Notes: generated by a model from the letters alone, not told the origin. 64,000 nt of DNA from an uncultured Gammaproteobacteria bacterium (GCA_964599455.1 CAZREA010000003.1:31026-95025), one strand, 5' to 3'. Shown: positions 9,066 through 17,629, numbered from the stretch's first letter. Numbers and translations are program-made.

Positions 9066-9142
9066 TGGAGGCCACGGCCGGGTTTGAACCGGCGCATAGC
9101 GGTTTTGCAGACCGCTGCGTTAACCAACTTCGCCACGTGGCC
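9066..9142 (-). tRNA. tRNA-Cys(GCA)
   Basis: Canonical cloverleaf GGCCACG.../CGTGGCC, anticodon arm GCGGT-CTGCAAA-ACCGC, U73, encoded CCA. Confidence 0.97.
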
Positions 9143-9242
9143 TTGATTATACACCAATCTGAACGAACAGTACCGTATCATAAAGAAGGTCGTTTTCGCA
9201 ATAAGTCGCCTCTTCGGGGAACGAGCGGTAAAGAGCGACGAG

Positions 9243-11075
9243 ATGACCCGTGCGTTATACTTCTTGCGTATGGAGGAACGTGATGGAGAAGAAAAAGAGC
9301 GCATTCCCTTAAAGGAATTATGGCGCATGTTGCGCTATGCATTTGTAGGAACGGGATGGCGATATGCGGGTATCGTTTTTTTACTTATTCTCTCCTCGGT
9401 TGCCATTATTGCCGAGCCATTGATCTACGGAAAAGTTATTGATCATGTGGTTGAGGCGGTGTCGCAAGGAACGTTGCCTTTGCTGTGGTCTGCACTCTGG
9501 CCGCTTCTGGTGATATGGATTGTTGCTGATATTGTGGGCAGTGCTTCTCGAGAATTGGCAAGTGCATATGGAATGCGCACGGCAGATAAAGTATGGTCGG
9601 TCTTTTGGAAAGAGACGTTGACAAATGTGCTTGCCTGGGACCCGGAGCGATTTACGAACGCTTCTGTGGGAGGACTGGCGAAAAAGCTTGATACTGCGGG
9701 AAGTTCGATGTGGCGATTATCAGGAACCTTACTACAGCAGGTGTTGCCAACGTTTATTTCCGTGATTGCATTTCTCGTTATCGGTTTTCATTTAGATTGG
9801 CGCATGACTGTGGCAGCGCTTTCGGGAATCCCATTGTTATTTTTAATGACGTTTTTTGCGGAGCGAAAGGTAGAAAAACGACAAAATGCCATGAATCAAG
9901 CCTGGGAAACATTTGCCCAGAAATTGGTTGAGATTTTTTCGAATATCGTTCCTATCAAAACACTCGCTGCTGAGAATCGTATGATCGCGATGCATACCGG
10001 TCTTGGCGAGGCTTCTTCTGTTCGTCAACGTCGCGTTAATGATCTCTGGGCACTTCTGGGTTTTAGCACATCGGTTGCACGATTTCTTACGCGATTTATT
10101 CTGCTTTTCGTAGGACTTTGGTTTATTGCTAATGGATCATTGACGTTGGGTACATTGGTTACTTTTATGGGCATGCTTTCCACACTACTCGCACCGTTTG
10201 ATTACATGCTCGCGGAAGTCATGAGACGTATTAGTGAAATTCGGTCAGCTTTTTCACGAATTCATAAGGATATCTCGCAAAAAAATGTCATCATCGATGC
10301 ACTCAGGGTAAAGAAGTTACAAAAAGTAAAAGGAGAAATCGTTTTTGATCACCTCTCTTACCGTTATCCGAATAAAGATCATAATGCACTCGACGATATT
10401 GTGTTGACGATTCCTGCCGGATCAAGTTTGGCGCTGGTTGGACCATCAGGAAGCGGCAAGTCAACACTCGTTCGTCTCGTGAATCGTTTTCTTGATCCAA
10501 ATCACGGCGGTGTGTTGCTTGATGGTCAAGATATTCGTTTGGTTCGCGTGGCAGATTTACGTAAAAATATCGGTGTTGTACATCAAGAAACGGTGTTGTT
10601 TAATGACACTGTGTTTGAAAACGTGCGTTTTGCAAAGCCCAAGGCAACGCGAGCTGAAGTTATCGAAGCATGCAAAAAAGCGCAAGCCCATGAATTTATC
10701 ATGCAGCTAGAAAAAACATATGACACGTTGATTGGTGAACGTGGTGTAAAACTTTCGGGCGGTGAGCGTCAACGGCTGGCACTTGCTCGGGTCTTTTTGG
10801 CCGATCAACCCATTTTAATTTTGGACGAATCTACTAGTGCGCTTGATTCCGAGACCGAACAAAAGCTGCAGCTTGCTTTACAAAAAGCGATGAAAAATCG
10901 CACGACAATTATCATCGCGCATCGCCTTTCAACAATCTTCATGGCCGATCAAATTGCGGTTATGTCCAAGGGAAAAATTGTCGAAGTGGGAACACATGGT
11001 GAGCTTTTGAAAGAAGGAGGACTCTATCGGCGTTTGTGGCAGATGCAATCGGGTAGATATATTGGGAAGGAATGA
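9243..11075 (+). CDS. ABC exporter, fused permease/ATPase (MsbA/MdlB-like)
   Basis: 6 TM plus GPSGSGKS, LSGGERQR, ILDESTSALD, IAHRLST. Confidence 0.95.
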   Translation: MTRALYFLRMEERDGEEKERIPLKELWRMLRYAFVGTGWRYAGIVFLLILSSVAIIAEPLIYGKVIDHVVEAVSQGTLPLLWSALWPLLVIWIVADIVGSASRELASAYGMRTADKVWSVFWKETLTNVLAWDPERFTNASVGGLAKKLDTAGSSMWRLSGTLLQQVLPTFISVIAFLVIGFHLDWRMTVAALSGIPLLFLMTFFAERKVEKRQNAMNQAWETFAQKLVEIFSNIVPIKTLAAENRMIAMHTGLGEASSVRQRRVNDLWALLGFSTSVARFLTRFILLFVGLWFIANGSLTLGTLVTFMGMLSTLLAPFDYMLAEVMRRISEIRSAFSRIHKDISQKNVIIDALRVKKLQKVKGEIVFDHLSYRYPNKDHNALDDIVLTIPAGSSLALVGPSGSGKSTLVRLVNRFLDPNHGGVLLDGQDIRLVRVADLRKNIGVVHQETVLFNDTVFENVRFAKPKATRAEVIEACKKAQAHEFIMQLEKTYDTLIGERGVKLSGGERQRLALARVFLADQPILILDESTSALDSETEQKLQLALQKAMKNRTTIIIAHRLSTIFMADQIAVMSKGKIVEVGTHGELLKEGGLYRRLWQMQSGRYIGKE

Positions 11076-11092
11076 AAATGGTGGAAAAGTTT

Positions 11093-11121
11093 TTGACAAA
11101 GATAAAAATGTGTGATGCAAT
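11093..11121 (+). promoter_or_regulatory. Promoter of RNA module A
   Basis: TTGACA-17 nt-TGCAAT; equivalent promoter at the same distance in modules B and C. Confidence 0.7.
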
Positions 11122-11127
11122 AAATTT

Positions 11128-11210
11128 GCAGATGAAGGATCCTTCCTTTATTTCTGGTGTCAACAAAATCTCCCCAAATCCTCTTTTGGATTTTGGGGAG
11201 ATTTGTTTTT
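11128..11210 (+). ncRNA. Putative anti-tRNA leader sRNA A (antisense hairpin plus terminator)
   Basis: GCAGATGAAG is the reverse complement of tRNA 11235-11244; TTTCTGGTGTCAA pairs with 11246-11258 (one G.U); ends in the AAATCTCCCCAAATCC/GGATTTTGGGGAGATTT hairpin plus U-tract. Confidence 0.75.
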
Positions 11211-11212
11211 AC

Positions 11213-11288
11213 GGGCGTGTGGAAGAAACGGTCTCTTCATCTGCTTTGACATCAGAAAAAGCCAGTTCGACTCTGGTCACGTCCACCA
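11213..11288 (+). tRNA. Non-canonical tRNA A: Ala acceptor identity, 9-nt anticodon loop CTTTGACAT (GAC/Val or TGA/Ser register)
   Basis: GGGCGTG/CACGTCC acceptor with G3.U70, A73, CCA; D stem GAAG/CTTC; T arm GCCAG-TTCGACT-CTGGT; anticodon stem only TCTG/CAGA. Confidence 0.85.
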
Positions 11289-11327
11289 CCTCCGCTTGGT
11301 TGTAAAACTGAGCGGAGGTGTTTATTT
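11287..11327. terminator. Terminator after tRNA-like A
   Basis: CACCTCCGCTTGGTT-GTAA-AACTGAGCGGAGGTG-TTTATTT. Confidence 0.85.
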
Positions 11328-11640
11328 ATCGCATCATTTTCGGCACGAGTTCAACGAGTTTTTTAGCGGTAAGTCCTTGCAGCTCGGCAAGACGTAGCGT
11401 ATTGATGAGCATTTTTACCGTTGCTTCTTCAAGATGTGCCCTGTCGCCGCCTTCACCGTGATCGGTATCTTCGCTGAAGGCTGAAATTTTTCCGAGAGAT
11501 TTGCCCATGTGTAGCACGTTGTGGCGTACGGCGAAGAGAAAGACTTCCTGTTTGGATTTGGCGGCTAAATCGGGATAATGCTCTGCGGTAAAGGTATATT
11601 TTTCTGCAATAGCATCAATCATGTGTTGAAGATCGGACAT
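11326..11640 (-). CDS. Hypothetical all-alpha protein (possibly MazG-like fold)
   Basis: 104 aa ORF directly downstream of the 12055 gene; HMGKSLGKI...LEEATVKMLINTLRLA pattern only loosely MazG-like. Confidence 0.6.
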   Translation of the reverse strand: MSDLQHMIDAIAEKYTFTAEHYPDLAAKSKQEVFLFAVRHNVLHMGKSLGKISAFSEDTDHGEGGDRAHLEEATVKMLINTLRLAELQGLTAKKLVELVPKMMR

Positions 11641-11647
11641 AGTGTTT

Positions 11648-12055
11648 TTACCCTTCCAATAAAATACGAATCATTGGAGCTAATTCCATGTTTGCTAAAT
11701 TTTTTGGAATTGTTGCGCCAACATGTTTGGCGACATCAGCAGAAAGCGCGCCCGGTAGTAAATGCTTATTGACTTCGGGAATGCAAATGGTGATCGTTTT
11801 AAAATTCTCGTGACGTAATCCGCGATCAAGTCTTTCCGAAACACGTTTGTACAGTTCGGTAAGGCGATGTGCTTTCATGGCGTCTTCATTGGGTGGTGAT
11901 GATGTTTCGGCGGCCGGAGCATCATCGGGCATGATGATGAGATCGATCTCTTCAAAATCATGACCTTCGCCACGAAAGAATCGTGCCCGCTCGTTATTGG
12001 TGATGACAATCAGCGTTTTCTCTGGAAACCCTTGATAATGATCCGAGATGCGCAT
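11648..12055 (-). CDS. Host-attachment/baeRF12-like protein
   Basis: TLIVITNNERARFF N-terminal strand pattern and C-terminal IPKNL; start re-assigned to MRISDHY. Confidence 0.65.
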   Translation of the reverse strand: MRISDHYQGFPEKTLIVITNNERARFFRGEGHDFEEIDLIIMPDDAPAAETSSPPNEDAMKAHRLTELYKRVSERLDRGLRHENFKTITICIPEVNKHLLPGALSADVAKHVGATIPKNLANMELAPMIRILLEG

Positions 12056-12120
12056 ACGACGTTTATTGTTTATAGCGTAACATGGAAACATGTGTTCGTG
12101 AAGCGGTATACTGGATGTAT

Positions 12121-12810
12121 ATGATCGGTTGGAGGGAGCGGCTGTCGGCAAATATTCGTGAAGTGGTTTTTGGTTTGGAAGATAGCTTTGTGTCGACGCT
12201 CGGAGCAGTGTCGGGTGTAGCAGTAGGAAGTGGGAATATTGACGCGGTGCTGTTAACGGGTTTTGTGATTGTTGCCGTGGAGGCGGTATCGATGGCGGCG
12301 GGAAGTTATTTGTCATCGAAAGCAGCGACAGAATTATATGCAGAGCGTTTCCAGCAAGATTCTGTGCGTATGTTGTCCGAACGACTTGATGATAAAGAGT
12401 CATTGCGTGATTTTTTTGCTCGTAAAGGATTATCCAAAAAAGAAGTAACCATCGTGACAGATACCATGACGCGCGAACGTCGTTTGTGGTTGAAGGAAGT
12501 GCAACGCTGTGAGTATCGTATGTCACCGGCGGTCGGCGATGCACCCCTCGTCGCTGCGTGTATTATGGGCATCTTTTATCTTGCTGGGGGTATACTGGTA
12601 TTAATTCCTTATCTTCTCCTTCCTCTCCCGCTTGCTTTACCAACTGCTATTTTATTAACCATGGCCATGCTCTTTTTCTTAGGCGTATGGAAGGCGTCAT
12701 TAGCTGGCATCAATCGTGTGCGTAGTGGATTAGAGATGGTTGTTGTTTCGCTTGCTGCCGCATTCTTAGGCATTATCATTGGACGCCTTTTCTCTCTCGC
12801 AAGTTTTTAA
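12121..12810 (+). CDS. VIT1/CCC1 family iron/manganese transporter
   Basis: IREVVFGLEDSFVSTLG, AVSMAAGSYLS, C-terminal TM helices. Confidence 0.93.
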   Translation: MIGWRERLSANIREVVFGLEDSFVSTLGAVSGVAVGSGNIDAVLLTGFVIVAVEAVSMAAGSYLSSKAATELYAERFQQDSVRMLSERLDDKESLRDFFARKGLSKKEVTIVTDTMTRERRLWLKEVQRCEYRMSPAVGDAPLVAACIMGIFYLAGGILVLIPYLLLPLPLALPTAILLTMAMLFFLGVWKASLAGINRVRSGLEMVVVSLAAAFLGIIIGRLFSLASF

Positions 12811-12813
12811 TCT

Positions 12814-13809
12814 ATGTTTTTACATCGCCTTGGTCGGGTTCGTGCTCCCGAATTTCCCGCAGCACTCACCTGGTTGAACAGCAAATCTCTTTCTTTGCGA
12901 GATCTTCGCGGAAAAGTCGTCTTGGTTGAATTTTGGACATATTCCTGCGTGAATTGTTTGCGCGTGTTGCCGCATGTTGAGCGCTGGCACCAGGCGTATC
13001 GTGACAAGGGGCTTGTCGTTATCGGTGTACACACGCCTGAGTTTGCGTTTGAGAAAGATGAACAACACGTTGCGCGTGCAATGCAAGATAGTGGCGTGTC
13101 ATATCCCGTGGTGCTTGATTCGGATTATGTCACTTGGAAACTTTACGCGAATAATTGCTGGCCGCATCGCTACCTCATTAATCGAGAAGGATACATCGTT
13201 TACGATCACGCGGGTGAGGGCGCATATGCATCCACCGAACTCGCTATCCAAGAAGCATTAAAAGAAACCGGCGTTCGTGATTTTCCTGCCATTGGTCCTG
13301 ATGATTCTGTTGCGGGCAGTGTGTGTTATCGCACCACCCCGGAAACGTATCTTGGTTTTTTGCGCGGACATATGGGCAACGCCCAAGAGATTTTTCCTGA
13401 TACCGAAGAAGCTTTTACCGATAAAGAAGAGGTACATGAAGAAGGTATCCCGTATGTGCACGGGCATTGGAAAGTTGCTGGTGAATATGTTGAACACACG
13501 CGTCAGACCTCGGGAATGCATGAATATGTACGGTTGCGTTATCAGGCATTTTCTGTAAATCTGGTCATGGCTACGGCACACGGAAAAACGGCAACCATTG
13601 AGATTTCTTGCAATGGTCAGCCGTTGAATTCTGATATGCGTGGTGAGGATATTTTGGAAGAAAAAGGAAAAACCGTGGTCATTGTGCGAGAGCCGCGCAT
13701 GTATCGCCTGATCAATTCGCGTGCGTATCATCATGGTGATATTAAAATCGGCATCGCGGATGCAGGTGTGCAATTGTATGCGTTTACGTTTGGAGGATGT
13801 GAGGAATAG
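12814..13809 (+). CDS. DipZ-like redoxin (TlpA domain plus C-terminal thioredoxin-like domain)
   Basis: FWTYSCVNC, IGVHTPEFAFEK, TPETYLG, YAFTFG. Confidence 0.9.
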   Translation: MFLHRLGRVRAPEFPAALTWLNSKSLSLRDLRGKVVLVEFWTYSCVNCLRVLPHVERWHQAYRDKGLVVIGVHTPEFAFEKDEQHVARAMQDSGVSYPVVLDSDYVTWKLYANNCWPHRYLINREGYIVYDHAGEGAYASTELAIQEALKETGVRDFPAIGPDDSVAGSVCYRTTPETYLGFLRGHMGNAQEIFPDTEEAFTDKEEVHEEGIPYVHGHWKVAGEYVEHTRQTSGMHEYVRLRYQAFSVNLVMATAHGKTATIEISCNGQPLNSDMRGEDILEEKGKTVVIVREPRMYRLINSRAYHHGDIKIGIADAGVQLYAFTFGGCEE

Positions 13810-13811
13810 CT

Positions 13812-14963
13812 ATGCCCAATCGAATCTACCTCGACTATGCCGCTGCAACGCCCGTTGACCCACGGGTTTTTGCGGCGATGGAGCCGTTTTTGACGACGCA
13901 TTTTGGTAATCCTTCAAGCTTACATCAAGAAGGTGTTTTGGCGCGGAAGGCTGTTGAGGTAGCGCGCGAAAAAGTTGCGAGTCTTATCTCTGCACATCCG
14001 GATGAAATACTTTTCACAAGCGGCACCACCGAATCAGTAAATTTGGGAACGGTCGGTTATCTTTTAGCAAATAAAGAAAAGGGAAGAGAGGTTGTTGTTC
14101 CTCGAATTGAGCATGCGGCCGGGTTGGCATTATTGCGTGATGCATATTTCCACACGATTGAAGTGCCTACGCAAAATGGATCAATTTCGTCTGATGATGT
14201 CTTGGCACGAGTAACCAGCCAGACGAATCTCGTCTCGCTCATGTGGACGCAAAATGAACTTGGCACGATTGCGCCCATGCACGAAATCGCCGTCGGTCTC
14301 GAGCGTCTGCGCAAAAACAAAAAGACGCAGGCACGACTTCACTCTGACGCTGCCCAAGCCGTCGGAGTTCTGGATATATCAATGGAACGGTCTCCGGTTG
14401 ATCTCTTAAGCTTCGGATCGGCGAAAATGTACGGACCAAAAGGTGTTGGTGCACTCTTTGTGCGTCGGGGTGTCGAGATCACGCCATTTTTTGGGGGAGG
14501 AAGTCAGGAAAAGGGACGGCGTGCAGGAACCGAAAATGTACCGGCGATCATTGGCTTTGGTGAAGCATGTATTCTTGCGCAACAAGAACGTGCTCAGCGC
14601 ACGGCGCATTTGCTTGCTTGCAAAACGGCATTTCTTGATGAGCTTGCAAAGAGTGGAGTGAAGTACCGTATCAACGGCGAAGGCGAGATGACCCCACACA
14701 TCACAAACATCACGTTTTTTGGCATTGATGGTGAAGAATTGCTCATTCGTCTTGATGCGGCGGGCATTGCCGCCTCAGCTGCCTCGGCCTGTAAACAAAC
14801 GCGAGAGCGAAGTCATGTATTGCAAGCCATCGGTATGCCTGACGATGAGGCGCAATCAACGTTGCGATTTTCTTTTGGGAAACCGTTATCTGTTGAGGAT
14901 GCGACTCGCGCCGGAGCGTTGACGGGAGAGGTCGCGCTTCGTATGCTAGGGGCCAGATCTTGA
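13812..14963 (+). CDS. iscS: Cysteine desulfurase, IscS/NifS type
   Basis: YLDYAAATP, FGNPSSLH, HSDAAQ, KMYGPKGVG, RAGTEN, SAASAC. Confidence 0.92.
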   Translation: MPNRIYLDYAAATPVDPRVFAAMEPFLTTHFGNPSSLHQEGVLARKAVEVAREKVASLISAHPDEILFTSGTTESVNLGTVGYLLANKEKGREVVVPRIEHAAGLALLRDAYFHTIEVPTQNGSISSDDVLARVTSQTNLVSLMWTQNELGTIAPMHEIAVGLERLRKNKKTQARLHSDAAQAVGVLDISMERSPVDLLSFGSAKMYGPKGVGALFVRRGVEITPFFGGGSQEKGRRAGTENVPAIIGFGEACILAQQERAQRTAHLLACKTAFLDELAKSGVKYRINGEGEMTPHITNITFFGIDGEELLIRLDAAGIAASAASACKQTRERSHVLQAIGMPDDEAQSTLRFSFGKPLSVEDATRAGALTGEVALRMLGARS

Positions 14964-14979
14964 GCTTTCTCACCTTTTT

Positions 14980-15246
14980 ATGAAGTACAAAATCATCGTT
15001 GACCCCGATCTGTGTATCGGTGCTGCGAGTTGCGTAACCATCGCACCCGAGGCATTTGTTTTGAATACGGAAAATAAGGCCGAGGTTCTTGATCACGGTC
15101 AGGAAATCGACGGCCCAAACTACGAACGTATCGTGGAACTTTCCGAAGAAGAACTTGCAAACGTCATCTTAGGCGCACAATCATGCCCGACGTTGGCAAT
15201 TAGTATTTTTGATGAGACGGGGAGGAAGCTGTATCCGGAGGTGTAG
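14980..15246 (+). CDS. Ferredoxin (probable 3Fe-4S)
   Basis: CIGAASC ... CP: second Cys of CxxCxxC replaced by Ala. Confidence 0.9.
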   Translation: MKYKIIVDPDLCIGAASCVTIAPEAFVLNTENKAEVLDHGQEIDGPNYERIVELSEEELANVILGAQSCPTLAISIFDETGRKLYPEV

Positions 15247-15386
15247 GAGATGGAAGAAGGCCAGTGGGCCACAACGAAAAGATCCCGACGCCAGGAGGGA
15301 CCCATCAAATCTCTAAGTTCAGGTTTCCATCTCCTAAAGAATTTTTCTAGGCCCTTCGCATTCGCTCAGGGTCTTTGCTCCTCAGT

Positions 15387-16562
15387 ATGCAACACATAGT
15401 AATTATCGGCGGCGGCATTGCGGGTACATCCGCGGCCCAAGAGATTCGTGCAAAGAATAAAGAGGTTGAAATTACGATTGTCGAGCGCGAGGCAAATATT
15501 TTATATTCACGCGTTTTGCTTCCGCATTATATAAAGGACGTGATTCCGCGCGAAAAAGTGTTTCTCAAAACACTGCAATGGTACGAAGAGCAGCAGATAA
15601 CGCTTCTGACCTCGACTGAGGCAACGATGATCGATGCCAAAAATACATTTGTCAGTTTGAGCGATGGACGAGAGCTTCCTTTTGATGAATTGATTATCGC
15701 GACGGGGACTGAGCCGCGCATGTTGTCGTCGGACGCACGCGGTGTAGCATATTTATATACCCTTGCTGACGCTGACCATGTCAAAGCGTTGTTGCAAGAG
15801 ATGTACATGTTGCCGCTTGAGGAGCGTCGGGCAACTATTTATGGTGGCGGATTTATTGCCTGTGAGTTTGCCAATGCTTTTGCAAAATTTTCCATCCCCT
15901 TCACGATGGTGTTGCGAGGTAGTGGCTTTTGGTCGCGATCATTATCTAACGAGACACAAAGCTTTTTGCACAAATATATCGAAGCTCGTGGCGTGCGTCT
16001 TATCGTGAATGAACCTGAGCCAGAACTTGTACGTGACGGCGACCATTTGTGCGCCATTCGTTTGCAAAATGGTGAAGAGATCGTCTGTCGTATGCTGGGT
16101 GTGGGCATCGGCGTTTCGGTTGACACGATGTTGCCGGACGAAGCGGGAATCGAGACCGATGCGGGTATCGTTGCCGACGAACATCTCCAAACTTCGCAAA
16201 AGGGTGTGTATACTGCGGGAGACGCGGCTTTTTTTGCCGATGCACGCGTTGGCCGACACATCAGCTACGGCAATTGGCTCAATGCGCAGATGCAAGGAAA
16301 GGATCTGGGATCCCGCTTGGCGGGAGGAGAAGCGGTGTTACGCCCGGTTTCACAGTATGCAACTGATCTGCTGGGGTGTAAGATTGTATTTATCGGCGAT
16401 GTACAGCGCGAAAAAGCTGATCGGATTGAGCAGATAAAGGCAGATAGTGACGGTTGCGAAGAATACTTTTTCCGTGCAGGGAAGTTTGTTGGCGCCATTT
16501 TAGTTGGTGACGTAAGTAAGCGCGGTGAGTTGGTGAAGCAAATTGGCATTAAACAGATATGA
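15387..16562 (+). CDS. FAD-dependent NAD(P)H oxidoreductase (rubredoxin/ferredoxin reductase-like)
   Basis: IIGGGIAG, IATG, GGGFIACE, YTAGD. Confidence 0.9.
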   Translation: MQHIVIIGGGIAGTSAAQEIRAKNKEVEITIVEREANILYSRVLLPHYIKDVIPREKVFLKTLQWYEEQQITLLTSTEATMIDAKNTFVSLSDGRELPFDELIIATGTEPRMLSSDARGVAYLYTLADADHVKALLQEMYMLPLEERRATIYGGGFIACEFANAFAKFSIPFTMVLRGSGFWSRSLSNETQSFLHKYIEARGVRLIVNEPEPELVRDGDHLCAIRLQNGEEIVCRMLGVGIGVSVDTMLPDEAGIETDAGIVADEHLQTSQKGVYTAGDAAFFADARVGRHISYGNWLNAQMQGKDLGSRLAGGEAVLRPVSQYATDLLGCKIVFIGDVQREKADRIEQIKADSDGCEEYFFRAGKFVGAILVGDVSKRGELVKQIGIKQI

Positions 16563-17629
16563 CCTCCCCCCTCGACTCATCCTCCACGTACGCCGTTTAC
16601 GATCCACAAGACTCTGGCTACGGCATCGAACGCTTATCCGAACAGGTTCGGCTAGCCTGGCATGATGCACAAGAGGTCGGTTTACCATCGTCTTATCGGC
16701 TGGCGGAGCAGATTGTAGTTGTGGGCATGGGCGGATCGTCCTTGGGAGCACACCTGATTGAGGGTGTTTTAGCAACAAAAAGTAAAAAGCCACTTTTTAT
16801 TATTCGTGATTATCAATTGCCCGTGTGGGTCACGAGTAAAACGCTCGTCATTCTCTCGAGTTTTTCAGGAACGACTGAAGAAGTACTTGCAGCGGCTGAA
16901 GATGCCAAGCAGCGTCACGCGAAGATTATCGTTATTGCCACTGGCGGAACGCTGGCATCGTGGGCCAAACGCAACGGCTATCCGGCATATATTTTTACGC
17001 CCGGTGATCTTGCCAAACAGCCACGCCTTGGCCTGGGTTTTTCCTTTGCTGGTATGCTGGGCCTTCTGACGCAAGCAGGTCTTTGCAAGATGAAAGATGA
17101 AGACATGCAGCGCGCCATCTCGGCCATGGCTGAAGTGACCGATCTGTGTGCGGTCGATATTCCGACTGCGGAGAATCCGGCGAAGCAAGTAGCAGAAGCG
17201 CTTGCGGGTCGTCAGATCTATGTTGTTGCCGCCGAGCATTTATCGGGCAATGCGCATGTCCTTGCGAATCAATTAAATGAAACCGCTAAGCAATGGACGA
17301 CCTATGGCTTATTGCCGGAAATTGATCATCATCTTTTGGAAGGATTGAGCCATCCCAAAGAATTAATTGCCAACACGACGGTATTATTTTTGACGTCATC
17401 GCTCTATCATCCGCGTAATCGCAAGCGCTGCACGGTGACCGCAGATATCGTTGAAAAAACGGGTGTCCAAGTGGTTGATTATCATGCGCGCGGCAAAGAT
17501 GCGCTTGAAGAAATGTGTGAGGTCTTACAATTCTCCAGCTACGTCTCGTGGTACACCGCCATGCTGCATAAAGAAAACCCGATCCTCATTCCCTATGTCG
17601 ACATGCTTAAAAAAGCAATGGGGAAATAA
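16559..17629 (+). CDS. Bifunctional phosphoglucose/phosphomannose isomerase (SIS domain)
   Basis: GMGGSSLG, SSFSGTTEE, QPR, QLNETAK, PEIDHH. Confidence 0.9.
   Translation: MTSPLDSSSTYAVYDPQDSGYGIERLSEQVRLAWHDAQEVGLPSSYRLAEQIVVVGMGGSSLGAHLIEGVLATKSKKPLFIIRDYQLPVWVTSKTLVILSSFSGTTEEVLAAAEDAKQRHAKIIVIATGGTLASWAKRNGYPAYIFTPGDLAKQPRLGLGFSFAGMLGLLTQAGLCKMKDEDMQRAISAMAEVTDLCAVDIPTAENPAKQVAEALAGRQIYVVAAEHLSGNAHVLANQLNETAKQWTTYGLLPEIDHHLLEGLSHPKELIANTTVLFLTSSLYHPRNRKRCTVTADIVEKTGVQVVDYHARGKDALEEMCEVLQFSSYVSWYTAMLHKENPILIPYVDMLKKAMGK

Noticed and set aside
11128-11210. Leader as a classical T-box riboswitch
   Set aside because: Far too short; no Stem I motifs or UGGNACC antiterminator bulge in A or B (TGGTACC in C is the anticodon complement); pairing extends over stems rather than a 3-nt specifier.
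12056-12544. Long N-terminal extension of the 11648 ORF
   Set aside because: Antisense to the VIT1 gene; protein-like sequence begins at MRISDHY.
17627-17629. Stop-codon read-through fusing PGI/PMI to the Smr domain
   Set aside because: In-frame by position, but TAA is an efficient stop and the single-A frameshift gives a more natural start.
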